DNA from: Malacoraja senta
Lineage: Eukaryota
DNA length: 64,000 nucleotides
Direction: 5' to 3'
Assembly (NCBI GenBank): GCA_038087875.1
Contig: CM075991.1
Coordinates: 13,084,001-13,148,000 of the forward strand
The position numbers and the translations under genes were made by a program. The notes below the pieces were generated by a model that was not told the origin of the DNA, searched no databases, and was given only the letters and a program-made list of their open reading frames with translations. Position 1 is the stretch's first letter, and every line of letters starts with the position of its first letter. This document shows, piece by piece, positions 52,266 through 64,000 of the stretch.

Positions 52266-52321
52266 ATGCGGACTGAGGTTGGAACCATATCTATTCCAAT
52301 GGCTGAGAGTGAATCCCTGAG
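52266..52321 (+). CDS. IL1B: IL1B coding exon 1 (MRTEVGTISIPMAESESL)
   Basis: aaaATG about 110 nt after a TATA-like box; donor AG|gtgaga; in frame with the next exon. Confidence 0.8.
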
Positions 52322-55300
52322 GTGAGACCAGTTTTCTCTACTGTAATTTTACTTAACATTTTTTACTTAACATTAAACCCAAGCTGCACTATCACAATGG
52401 AGCTCTTTTTGAATTATAGATATGTTTACAACTGCTAGATATGTCAGATCCCTGGCCAAAACAACCTACAGAATGATTTTCTTATCATGAAAAAATAGAA
52501 ATACCATTTGAAATAATCTAGTTTCAATTGTCTCTGCAATATTTGAGAGGGAAGTGGACCTTGGATTAAATGTATGGCAGAGTCTATGTTACAGTTAAAC
52601 AAAGAGATTTACTTGCATATCCATTATCAAATGTGGCGATATTCACACTGAATTCACACTGGTTATGAAGACACCTGTAAGGATTTCTTAGATACATTTT
52701 CTGATTTATGGCATAGATGTTTAGCTGATAAGTATTGGTGGTGGTTAGCATGGATCTTAATGCTGAGAGATTATACCATTAACACAAGATTGAGTACTTT
52801 TAAGATAGAAGTACGGACCAAATGCTTATACCACGTGAAGTGTTTTCTGTTCACCATCTGCTAGAACTCCCATTTACCCTTTTTCCCATAAAATGATTGT
52901 AACAATTCTTCTGTCCTCAGAACATTGCATTACCAGCATAGTGTGGATTTTCATCTCACCTCTCCTACTTCTTGCCCACGTGTCAAGGTAAGACATTTGA
53001 GATTACACCAGAATATATTTGGGGGAATTATTTCACTTTGTTAAAATTAGAGCAAACTTGAATCGACAAATATTCAGCTGCTATGCATGACCAGAATTCA
53101 TGATGATAAAATATGACGTTAGGAACTTCACAATAAATACTTGCTAAGCGCAGAGCTTCAATTCTTAAACCTGCCTGATATTTAGCCTGCCTGTCCGAGG
53201 TTGTAGAGTTCCCTGGGTATCAATTATGCTACATCGAACTATCAGCCCCTCTGGCATTGTTCTCCAATACTGTAGCCACTGAGTGATGGATTTAATGTTG
53301 GTTTCTCATTTTGCAGAGCCCATTTCAAAAATGTTTATCAAGTCCAATGGAGTCGAAACCTGCCTGTCTCGATGCAGAGAGTTACCAATTGAAAATCACA
53401 GGGAAATCTTCATCCATTACCGCATCCAGCTCTGTCAAGTTCACTCTGGAAAAGGCCGTCATGTTAGCCCTTGCTGTTGAAAGATTCAAGAAAAAGCTGG
53501 GGCAGCCATGGCGAGATGGCTTGGGCAGTGAGGCCAGTTGCTTTCAGGATACCGACTTGCTCGGGAACTTCAATGCACTCATAGAAGGTGAGCTGAATTT
53601 TCTTTCTGGTGTTACCATTCTGTTAGCAGTAATTGGTTACAACTGATAGCAATGTGTTTATTGTTTAGTCTGAAAGCTGGCATTTTGCTGTTAATCCCAG
53701 TGGTTCTGTTGACACTGAATTCTAACTGTTGCTCATTCAGTGTCGTGAGATTACCTACCAAACGCAGCCAATGCCTTGTCCTAAAGATCTGCGTAGAAAG
53801 ACCATCGATAGTCATCGAAAAGAGTCAATAAACACAGATTTGCCAGCTGCCAATATCCAGAGAACAATTCATAAGGAAACATTATGGTCCAAGATTTTAT
53901 TCCAGTTTAAACTCTGTTAATTTGTAAATAATTCATTCTGAATTGTGCCAACAGAAGCTATCAACTACACCAGCTACGATGATACTGAAATGGCAGTCGG
54001 TTCTTACAGGTTCATGCAGAGTGAATGTCAACAGGTGAGGGATGATCACGACAAATCCCTGAAGTTGTCAGACAACCTCCAGCTCACGGCCATGTTCTTG
54101 CAGCAGTCAAATGATGAAGGTGGGTAAAGCATATAACAGAGTGTGGAAAGTAAGGCAAGATTGTAAAAAAGTATCAAAATCTTAAAGATATTAAGGTGAA
54201 TGGAAGAGAACACCTCACAGGAAAAGGAATTATCTTCAATTTTCCTTCACTTTTGATCCTGGACATGTGCTGATCCTTGTCTGGAACATTTCTTCACAGG
54301 ATCATGTAACTTCCAGTATTGTCATGCTTGTCTAACATGAGTGGCATATGAAGCCAAGCCAAAATATGCATACCTGCAGGACAACTGGGTCAGGAGCAGT
54401 TACAGGAGCCTGGATAGTCTCTCTGTCCCCTGTTGTTTAAATTAGCTATTTGTCTAACCTTGACCCCATGGCCATAGATGGCTTGGTTATGATCCTGTTA
54501 AAGCATTTACCCTGAAAAACTGTATTGCAGTACTTTTATCGACATGAACATTTATGCATTTTGGTTACAGTGCTAAAATATTCTTCCTTTTGCTTACAGT
54601 AACACTCAATGTGAGGTACTACAAGGCGACTGTCAGTGAAAATAATCATTTGCCAGTTGTTCTGGGAATCAACAATGAGAATCTGTTTGTCTCTTGCACT
54701 GGGCCACAGGACAGTCCCAGGATGAAGGTGGAGGTAAGAGATCACACATGTGCACATGTTTAACTGATAGTTATACAGACCCTTATCATTGCTTTCTGCA
54801 GAATTTGCTTCTCCTTCCGCCCTGTCCTCGTACTTTCTACAAACTGTTTAGTTTAGTTATTTGATCCATGTTTTGTAATGATTCCCTCACTTTGGATTTG
54901 GAAACCTATATGTACACCAAAGTCCCTTATATTCTAGTTCCACAGCCTCAGTGAAATGTCTTCACATAACTTTCAGCACACCTGTAATCCCCTTGAACAA
55001 CTTCCATTCCAAGGGACTGACCACCCTCCAGTATTGGCATGAGTTTCCTCAGGTGCTCTGGATTCCTCCCATATCCCAAAGATTAATTGGCTACCGTAAA
55101 TTGCCCCCAGTGTAGATGGATGGCAGGAGGGAGGTAAAAGAGAACAGGCTACAGAGAAATAAGTGGGAAATGGGTTCATTCCATGGGCCGAATGGCCTCT
55201 CTCTCTCACTAGTATAAGAACAGTTGCAAAAATACATTCTCCCAAGAGCTCATCCTTACCTAATGCACCAAAAAGCTTTTCAGCAGGATTGTTGGGAGAT

Positions 55301-55887
55301 TAGAGTGTGATTCACTACTGAATCCTCACAATCCTCACCTTTGTGCCCAATCCTGAAATCCTGAGGTGTATGTCCCCTTCCTAGCCAAGGTGAGCCAGGT
55401 CAGCATAGTTCCAAAATTGAACTGCAAGCTATTTATGAATTTGCATATAGTTTATGAGGAGCCTAAACAGTGTACCAGCCCTCCACAGAGCAGAATTCCA
55501 CAAGAAGGGTATAAACACTAAAAGATTTGGCAATATTAGGGGTGAATGTAGATATCTGTAACTGGCACGTATCTGCTCTAGTGTGGTCAACAGGAATTGA
55601 AATAATATTATTTGCAGTTTTCAAATTTGAAATACAAATCTGTTTACATTTATTTTTGCCATTTATTTGCACAGAAATGGGATCAGACTCTGCACAATAT
55701 CAGTTGTGCCACTGACCTGCTTCGCTTTGTGTTCTTCAAGAAGGTTTCGAATGCTGGCCACACCTTTGAGTTTGAATCGGCTATGTACCGTGGGTGGTAC
55801 ATCAGCACCTCCTGTAAGAATAAACAGCCTGTTGAAATGGATGTGAAAGAGCACCACAAGAGAATCACGATCTTCACAACTAAATGA
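52266..55887 (+). CDS. IL1B: Interleukin-1 beta, complete; exons 52266-52321, 52921-52987, 53317-53587, 53955-54119, 54600-54733, 55675-55887 (906 nt, 301 aa)
   Basis: All introns are GT-AG with consistent phases (2,0,1,1,0). IL-1 family signature FEFESAMYRGWYISTSCKNKQPVEM, beta-trefoil motifs VRDDHDKSL and PVVLGINNENLFVSC, propeptide motifs AVMLALAVERFK and FQDTDLL. Confidence 0.96.
52921..52987 (+). CDS. IL1B: IL1B coding exon 2
   Basis: Acceptor ttcttctgtcctcag, donor AAG|gtaaga; 67 nt, phase 2 to 0. Confidence 0.85.
53317..53587 (+). CDS. IL1B: IL1B coding exon 3 (propeptide)
   Basis: Acceptor tttctcattttgcag, donor G|gtgagc; SPFQK...NALIE. Confidence 0.93.
53955..54119 (+). CDS. IL1B: IL1B coding exon 4
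   Basis: EAINYTSYDD...LTAMFLQQSNDE; phase 1 to 1; acceptor ccaacag, donor G|gtgggt. Confidence 0.93.
54600..54733 (+). CDS. IL1B: IL1B coding exon 5
   Basis: VTLNVRYY...SPRMKVE; acceptor ttttgcttacag, donor GAG|gtaaga. Confidence 0.95.
55675..55887 (+). CDS. IL1B: IL1B coding exon 6 (IL-1 signature, stop)
   Basis: KWDQTLHNIS...RITIFTTK*; acceptor tttatttgcacag. Confidence 0.96.
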   Translation, partial: KWDQTLHNISCATDLLRFVFFKKVSNAGHTFEFESAMYRGWYISTSCKNKQPVEMDVKEHHKRITIFTTK

Positions 55888-56240
55888 GGCAATTTTGATT
55901 TCTGTGCAGTTTAGAACCGAAATCAGGAATTGTTGGTTTAGAGAGTGTGTGTATGTACTGAGTACAGACTTTTACATTTACCATTGATACGATTTATCAC
56001 TGATAGAGTTGTCTTCAAATTACTGAGATGTCCAGGTAGCAATATTTGTTCCTGTTTTACTTTTTATTATTTGGAGTTAAATATTAATGAAAATATGGTG
56101 TTGTGTTTTGTAACTTGAAAACTAATTATTATAATTGTTCAATATTTTATTACTATTTAATTTTTTTTAATTATTTAATTAATTACTGTACTGGAGAAAA
56201 CTTTTCCTTGGTTGAATAAATATTATGTTCTTTTCAAACA
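55888..56240 (+). terminator. IL1B 3'UTR with AU-rich elements and polyadenylation signal
   Basis: ATTTA at 55976, 55992, 56155 and 56173 in a U-rich tract; AATAAA at 56215-56220. Confidence 0.8.
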
Positions 56241-57606
56241 AAATAGTTTACTTCATTTCACACATATCTGTGAATTAACTGTGACAAAGGTGAAGCACTC
56301 GTAGTCCTGTTGTCCAATAAGCTCTCCCATTGCCAAACCATGTTTCAGTATTTCCACTGACACGTTGAATTTAAACGAAACTAGAGATACAGCGTTAAAA
56401 CAGGTCCTGGGCCCACCGAGTCCACGCCAACCAACAATCACATATACACTAGTTCTATCCTACACACTAGGGGCAATTTACAGAAGCCAATTAACCTACA
56501 AACCCGTACGTCTTTGGAATGTGGGAGGAAACCGGAGCACCCGGAGAAAATCCACATGGTCACAGGGAGAATGTGCAAACTCGGTTCAGACAGTACCCAT
56601 TGTCAGGATTGAACCTGGGTCCCTAGCGCTGTAGGGCAGCAACTCTGCCGTTGCGCCAATATGCCGGCCTAATATTGGTCTGTTTCAGTTTGTCTCCATT
56701 AAATATATGCAGGATGCCTGCTCCTTATCATCGCCCTATATTCATGGCCTAGGGATGCCCAAAAGCATTTCACAACCCAGAATTTTTTTTAAAGTTTGTC
56801 ACTGTTATAATAAAGAAAAATGCAAGATGATTTATAAGTAAATTAATACTTTTCAGTGAATGTATTTACAAGTACATAAGTTTTACAAACCTACTAGCCA
56901 GTGAAAATTAAATATGGCCAACCTTTATAAATGAAGGTTTTTCATTTTAGTTATCAATCTGACATACATATTTAAGCATGTGAAGCATAAAACCAAACAT
57001 ATATTCTCATTCATATTTATGGGTATTCTCATACTTGAAAGATCAAGGTTTCATAATGCAGGAATTGATTTTGAAATCTACTGGCAACAAACTTGGAATA
57101 CAGTAAACTGTGAAGAATTAGAAAGGCCAGTAGTGGAGAGAGACAGATGGCTATTGAAAGTGAAATATAAGAAATGTTAGTTAAATTCTATTATTTATTG
57201 TATAACCTGACTGTACAGATACATATCCAACTGCACTTACTCAAACAGTGTCAATCAGACACAAAATCCTATAATCCTCACACTAAGGAAAATAATTAAT
57301 CATATCTTAATATTTAGTTATGTATTTCAGTTTTAAAGGAACATAAAGAAATATTAACTTGCTCAAACCTGAAGTCCAGACTTAAATAATCATGGGAACT
57401 TTACAAATCAGGACAGGAATTGTAGAGGCTCTGAAGAAAATGTCCTTTCCATTTACAAACAAGATTTACCTCTAGACAATTTATGTTGTCTGCATTCTCC
57501 AGTCAGATTGTCTACGACATTTCAGAACTTTTAAAAGTGCTGATAAACTCAGAGCTCTTCCCCATCCAAAAAAAGTTACAAGTCAATGGCACATGACTAT
57601 TGGTTA

Positions 57607-57938
57607 AAGCCCTGTCCCACGATACGAGTTCATTCCAAGACTTCTCCCGAGTTTGCCCTGATTCGAACTCGGAGATTTACAATAATGGCCACTCGTCAGT
57701 ATTCGGGGCTCTCGTGGACATTTTCCAACATGTTGAAAAATCTTCACGAGTCTTCCTGTGCTTACCTGCCGTTAGCGAGTCTTCCTGAGTACCTGCCGTT
57801 AGCGTTACGAGCCGCTAAGAGACGTCCCCGAGCTCCAACGTACCCGCTACGTTCATTCTCCGTGCTCACCACGAGTTTGATATTTTTTAAAAACTCGGGA
57901 GAGCTCTTGGAATGAACTTGTATCGAGGGACAGGGCTA
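57607..57938. mobile_element. PIF/Harbinger-type MITE, related family
   Basis: Inverted termini AGCCCTGTCCCACGATACGAGTTCATTCCAAG / CTTGGAATGAACTTGTATCGAGGGACAGGGCT flanked by TTA. Confidence 0.82.
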
Positions 57939-60900
57939 TTAGTATGCAGCATCCTATAAGGAAAAGAGGATTGATGAGGGAAAGGCTGTGTGTGCTTAGA
58001 CTTTAGCAAGGCTTTTGACAAGGTCCCATAAGTCTGCTTGTCTATGTTAGGATCGAATGGAATACAAGGCGAGCTGGCCAATTCGATTCAAAATTGACTT
58101 GAAAGAAAGAGTCAAAGGGTAGTGTGTTGCAGGGTTGGGTGCTGGTTCTCCTGCTGTTTCCCATGTACATTATCAATTTGGATGACAATAGACAGGCATA
58201 CCACTGTATATTCTGTGGTTAATTGACAGTAATTATCTTATTCATATATAGTATTAAATTATGATTTTATACTATAATTTATCTATATACTACCTGAAGA
58301 GACAACAAATGTGATGTGATCCTTTCATACATGGCCCTCGGGATCAAAGGAGGGACTGCAATAGTCAGGGGATTAAAACAATTATCACATAATAGAAAAA
58401 TTAAAAGTATATTCAGTTTAAACCAACATCTGCAGATAACTACGTATAAAGGCGAGTAATGGTCTGCAAGAAGATTGCTATCATGGAGTTAACCTCCTGC
58501 AACACCGAAAATGCTGGAAACATTCAGCAGGTTAGGCTGCATTTGTGGGAAGAAAAGCAATTATTCAGGTCAGAGATCAGAGTCATAGTGTGTGGAAACA
58601 GGACATTAGGCCCAACCGACCCACGTCAACCAACTAGTCCCTTCTACACTAGTCCCACCTGCCTGCGTTTGGACCATATCCCTCTCAGCCTATCCTATCC
58701 ATTTACCTGTCTAAATGTTTCTTAAACGATGCAATAGTACCTGCCTCATGATTTTGTACACCTTTATAAGATCACCTCCCATTCTCTTGCACTTCAAGGA
58801 ATAAAGTCCTAACCTGCTTAACCTCTCCTTACAGCTCAAGCCCTCGAGTCCTGGCAAGATCCCCATAAAATCATTTGTCAAAATTGCAGTATTTTTTTTA
58901 TTTTAACTTACTGAGTGAACCTTCTGAATTGTATGATCTAATATTTCGAATCAGCGACTGATCTGAGGATCAATGGCAATTAAGAACTAACAGTGTATCA
59001 TTAGGATGTGGGAGAAAACCTGAGCACCCTGGGGGAATTCCATGTGGTCACACGAAGAACATGGAAATTCCATACACACAGATCTGACATCAGGATCAAA
59101 CCTGGGTCACTGAAGCCAGATGGCAGCAACACTACTTGCTGTGACACAATGCCACCCTACTGGAAACTGGCCCGATTGAAAAAAACATAATCTGAGGGGA
59201 AAATTAGTTGTCTGGAATTACCTTCTTCAGAAGGGAGAAGTGCAAGGTAGGGTCCAATTGAAATGTATAAAATGATAGGCATCTTGAGAATGATTCCAAA
59301 ATCAGTGGGCAGAGAATTAAAGTATTCACTCCAAGGATTAATAATGGGGAAAACACTTGTCACGTAGAGGTGTCTGCAACTCATTGGCTGAAAGGGTTGT
59401 ACCAGCAGATACCATTAATGAGGCTACTGAGAGCAAAGGTCATACTTTCAAGAACAATGAATTCCTCATTTAAGACAGGGATGAGGAGGAGTTTCTTCTC
59501 TCATAGTTGTGACTCTGGAATTTTCTAGCAGAGAACTGTGGACATAGAATCACTGAACATATTAAAGGCAGAGAATGAAATGGTAGAACTACAAGGGAAT
59601 CAATTAGGAGTGAGTGGGGAAAGTGTTGATGGAGCTAAAGATGGGATGATTTTTGATGCCATTGAATGGTGAAATACACTCTGCGGGCTCAGTTAGCTTC
59701 ATCTTGTTTATTACATAAGCCTCTATGCCTTTAAGTAAGTATGGGCCGTGAAGAGCCTGGCCTGGGCTAATGTATCAGTGTCGGTACACGGAATTAGGCT
59801 GCAAAACTCTTTTTCAACTGCACATACATTCACTGGACTTAATGCCCATCTTTTGTTTATAGATTCTATCATGAAATTCATTTCAATGGTTCCAATGATT
59901 ACAGCTATTGGAGAAGCTGAAATTGATTCTGAAGATTGGATACATGGTTAAAATCATGAAACGTTTAGATAGATTAAAGGAATGGAAAATTGTTTCAGCT
60001 GAGAAGTTCATAACCTGTTAAAAATGAGATGGCTCAGACATAAGGTAAATGGTAAATCATCCAAAAGCATTATCAGGAAAAAATGCTTGCTGCATCAAGA
60101 GGATTTGGAATACACTGTCTGAAATGGTTCAGGACACAAATTCTATAGGAGCTTTTCATTTAGATATTGGATAAATACTCAAAGGAATAACAAATCATAT
60201 GAATATGGGTGAAGAACAGGGAATTAAACCAACTGGATTGCTCCTACGAAGATCTGTTCTTTTGAAATCTACACTCACAAACCTGATGCACTTGGCAGCA
60301 TGCAGTGCCACCTAGTGCCAAGTCTTATGCTAAATTATACAGTCATAAGTAATAGAAGCAGAATTTGGCCATTCGGCCCATAAAGTCTACTCCGCCATTC
60401 AATCGCAGTTGATCTATCCTTCTGAACCTTCTGAATTTTGTAGTCGGCAGGGCAGTACTCTGCATATCTCCAACTTCGACAATTTTACATTTTTTATCAA
60501 GCCAATTAATCAAGCCAATTAACCTGCAAACCTGTACGTCTTTGGAGTGTGGGAGGAAACCGAAGATCTCGGTGAAAACCCACTCAGATCATGGGGAGAA
60601 CGTACAAACTCCATACAGACAGCACCCGTAGTCGGGATCGAACCCAGATCTCTGGCGCTGCATTTTGCTGTAAGGCAGCAACTCTACCGCTGTGCCACCG
60701 TGACTGCCCCTATCTTTCCCTCCTATCCCCATTTTCCTGCCTTCTTCCCATAACCCTTGCACCCGTATGATTATAGAATCATAAAACGATGGAAATCATT
60801 TGGCCTGTGTGTCTATGCTGGATTTTTGAAAGAATTATCTAAATAAGTTTACTTCCTAGCACTTTCCCTATAATATACTTTCCACAATGTTTAAGTGGAA

Positions 60901-63346
60901 TCCTTCTTCATCCTCTGCTGGATCTACACTTTCCACCTGTGGTTTAAGGTGTTCTTCACTTAGACGATTGCGAATCTCTGGAATTCTCTGCTCTAGAGGG
61001 TGCTGGAGGCTGGTTCATTTGCTGAAATTTTGTTTTCACTGATGACACTGGACCACACATAAAGGAAATTGGGAAAATTACAAAATAAAGTACTTGTAAG
61101 TTTAAGTCACTATTAATCGGCATGGTGGTGCAGCAGCTGATCTATCTCTCCCTCCTATCCCCATTCTCCTGCCTTCTCCCCATAACCCTGACACTCGTGC
61201 CAATCAAGAATCTATCTATCGCTGTCTTAAAAAGATCCATTGACTGCCTCCACAGCCTTTTGTAGCAATTAATTCCACAGATTCACCACCTCTGACTAAA
61301 GAAATTCCTCCTCATCTTCTTAAAGGAACCTCCTTTAACTCTGAGGCTACGACCTGTGATCTGTGTGATGGACTGGGCTACATCTACAACTCTCTGCAAT
61401 TTTTTGCTGTCATGGGCAGAGCTGTTCCCAAACCAATCTATGATGCAACTCTACAGAATGCTTTCTATAGTGTATCTGGAGACATTTGTAAGAGTCAGTG
61501 GAGTTATGCCGAATTTCCTCAGTCTTATCACGAAATAGAGGCGTGTGCCTGTCACAGCAATGTGGCTGGTCCACCACAGATCATTGGTAATATTAATACC
61601 AAGGAACCAGAATCTCTCATCCATTTCAACACCTTTGATGCTGATTGGGGCATATGGCCCATCCTGCTTCCTGAAGTCAATAAGTTACTCCTTTGACTTG
61701 CTGAAATTGAGGGAAATGTTGTTATTCTGACACCATATCACTACGTTCTCTATTTCCTTGCTGAGTTCGCCATCTCCTTCATATACTCCCTGCACATGCA
61801 CCTGAATTCATTGGAAGAACATGATAGAGAGAATCAACAACTTCAAGTTCCTGGGCATGCACATCTCTGATGACTTATCTTGTTTTTTTTAGTTTAGTTT
61901 ATTATTGTCACGTGTTCTGAGGTACAGTGAAAAGCTTTTATTTGCATGCTATCCAGTCAGAACGATTCTACATGAATAGTCAATCCCCCACAGTGCACAG
62001 ACGAAGGATAAAGTGTACAACATTTAGTACAAGATATAACATTGAAGTCTGATAAAGTCCAATTAAAGATCATTCAAAGGTCACCAATGAGGTAGATGGG
62101 AGGTCAGGACCACGAACTTGGGCAGAGCTCATTGATGCAAGTACAAAAAAACCTCACCAACATCACAACTCGCTCTTCGTACAGGTGAGCGGTGAAGAGC
62201 ATAATAACTGGTTCCATCATGGCCGAGTTTGGAAATTCAAATGCCCCAGAATTAAGGAGGCTGGAGAAAGTGGTGGACGTTACCCGGTCCATCATGCGAA
62301 ATGACCTCCCCGTCTTTGAAGAAAACTACCAGAATCCCAGCCACTAGAAGGCAGCTAATATCACGAAAGACCTAGCCATACTGTCACCACGCTGCTGCTG
62401 TTACCATCGGGAAGAAAGTTGTCCTCGGGTTCAAGAACAGCTTCTTCCCGTCAGACTCTTGAACTGCACAACCTTAACCATAACTCTACCTCAGCACCAA
62501 AATATCATGGGCTGTATATGTAGGAAGGAACTGCAAATGCTGGTCTACGCCAAAGATAGATACAAAATGCTGTAGTAACTCAGCGGGTCAGGCAGCATCT
62601 CTGGAGAAAAAGAATAGGTGATGTTTCGGGTGGAACCGTTCTTCATACTGAGAGTCAGGGGAAAGGGAAACTGGCTGTATGAAAAGGTTCTGCAGGAGGA
62701 ATCACAGAGGAGGAGCAATGAGAGAGGGTGTTGCAGAACTCCTGACGGAGAGAGAACGTCTTCAAAGTAGGCATACCTCAAGGAGATTTTCCAGTGGTGC
62801 AGACAAAGTGTGTAGGAATGAACTGCAATGCTGGTGTAAGACTGTTTCTCTGCGTACTTAATCATGGTCTGGTTTACCCAGTAATCTGATATTTTATTTG
62901 TTGTGTGGTTGAGTTTAATGTTCCTGTGAAGCTGCAGCAAATAAGAATTTCATTATTGTGGTCCCAGTACATATGACAATTAACCACTCTTGACGTTACA
63001 ACCCTTCAAGGAGGCTTTGAGTACATCGTTGAATCTTATCTCTGTCGACCTGGTAATTCCTTCCCCGCGATAGAGCATGGAACGGAGTCACGGAGATTGT
63101 AGATGCTGGAAATTTGAGCAAAACACTAAATGCTGGAGGAACTCAGCAAGTCAGGCAGCATCTGTGGAGGGAATTACACGGTCTGGATCCGACCCGAAAC
63201 GTCGTCTGTTCATTCCTTCACCGAATGCTGTATCATGGCCCGCGTGCAAGAGAGTGTCTGTCCTACCTCCTGGGCTGAGGTATTCCATGCCACACACGCT
63301 GAGACGGGCTGAACTGTTCCATGCCAGTGATGCCACACACGCTGAG

Positions 63347-63520
63347 ACGGGTTGAGGTGAGGTGGTCCACGTTAGCCGGGCCGGGTTGAGGTGATGTGGT
63401 CCACGTTAGACACGCCGGGTTGAGGTGAGGTGGTCCACGTTAGCCGGGCCGGGGTGATGTGGTCCACGTTAGACACGCCGGGTTGAGGTGAGGTGGTCCA
63501 CGTCAGACACGCCGGGCCGT
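63347..63520. repeat. About 30-34 bp GC-rich tandem repeat, roughly 5 units
   Basis: Recurring GGGTTGAGGTGAGGTGGTCCACGTTAG(ACACG)CC. Confidence 0.88.
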
Positions 63521-63830
63521 CTCTTCCTTGCTCTAGCATCTTTGGTCCCTTCACTGGCGCCGCCGATCCCGGGCTCCGCCGCCAGGGGGGCGTGGCCAGC
63601 GCCATCGTCATCGCGGCTGCCATTGGCGGATTTTGAATCGCGTCGTGTTGGCGCCGCGGGCGCGAGGGGCGCGAGCGGCGGTTTGAACGCGGCGGCGGTT
63701 GGGAGGCGGCGGCGGCGATGATGATGGAGGCGAGAGCGCGGAGCGGCCGCGTTCGGATGGCGGAGTCAGGTGAGGCCGGGCCTGGGGGGGGGAGACAGCC
63801 GGCAGGCAGGTAGCGGGATCACAGCGCCCC
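63520..63830 (+). promoter_or_regulatory. CpG-island promoter with CHR, inverted CCAAT and GC boxes
   Basis: Very GC- and CpG-rich; GGGGCGTGGC 63587-63596, ATTGG 63622-63626, TTTGAA at 63632-63637 and 63682-63687. Confidence 0.75.
63718..63769 (+). CDS. CKAP2L: First coding exon of the next gene, probably cytoskeleton-associated protein 2-like (MMMEARARSGRVRMAES)
   Basis: In-frame ATGs inside a CpG island, followed by donor CAG|gtgagg (phase 1). Identity is inferred only from synteny, orientation and CHR promoter motifs; the peptide itself is not diagnostic, and the start could be the ATG at 63757. Confidence 0.55.
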
Positions 63831-64000
63831 TTCTGTCCTGGGCCTCCTCCATTGGCAGAGTGAGGCTCAGCGCAAATTTCAGGAACAGCAGCTCATATTT
63901 CGCTTGGACAGCTTACACCCCAGGACATTGACTCCTCCAACTACAAGTACCCCTTGCTTTATCTCTATCTCCATCCCTCCCTATTTCTCCCACCAGTCTG
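63828..64000 (+). mobile_element. Penelope-like 3' fragment in intron 1 of the right-hand gene
   Basis: tctgtcctgggcctcctccattggcagagtgaggctcagcgcaaatt... matches 23733-23900. Confidence 0.85.

Overview
Repeat-rich vertebrate genomic DNA, most likely from a cartilaginous fish (skate/ray). This is inferred from the elasmobranch-type IL-1beta sequence and HE1-like tRNA SINEs, not from a database search. The window holds the IL-1 locus: (i) the 5' half of a PSD4/EFA6B-type Arf6 GEF gene on the minus strand (six coding exons, 696-11050, running off the left edge inside the Sec7 domain); (ii) a complete six-coding-exon interleukin-1 beta gene on the plus strand (52266-55887, 301 aa by my splicing, AU-rich 3'UTR); (iii) a CpG-island promoter with CHR/CCAAT motifs and a short first coding exon at the right edge, probably CKAP2L by synteny. 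Order and orientation match human PSD4 / IL1 cluster / CKAP2L, but only one intact IL-1 gene is visible. Most listed ORFs are transposon debris or chance: Penelope-like elements (RT + GIY-YIG), L2 and CR1 LINEs, a decayed Tc1, Harbinger-type MITEs and tRNA SINEs. The most notable non-genic signals are many Penelope-derived short repeats carrying minimal hammerhead-ribozyme-like cores (often in inverted pairs), a five-element transposon nest with readable TSDs, a local 120-bp inverted duplication, immune enhancer-like motif clusters, and weak, possibly coincidental IL-1-like exon echoes upstream of IL1B. All calls were made by eye; repeat boundaries are approximate.
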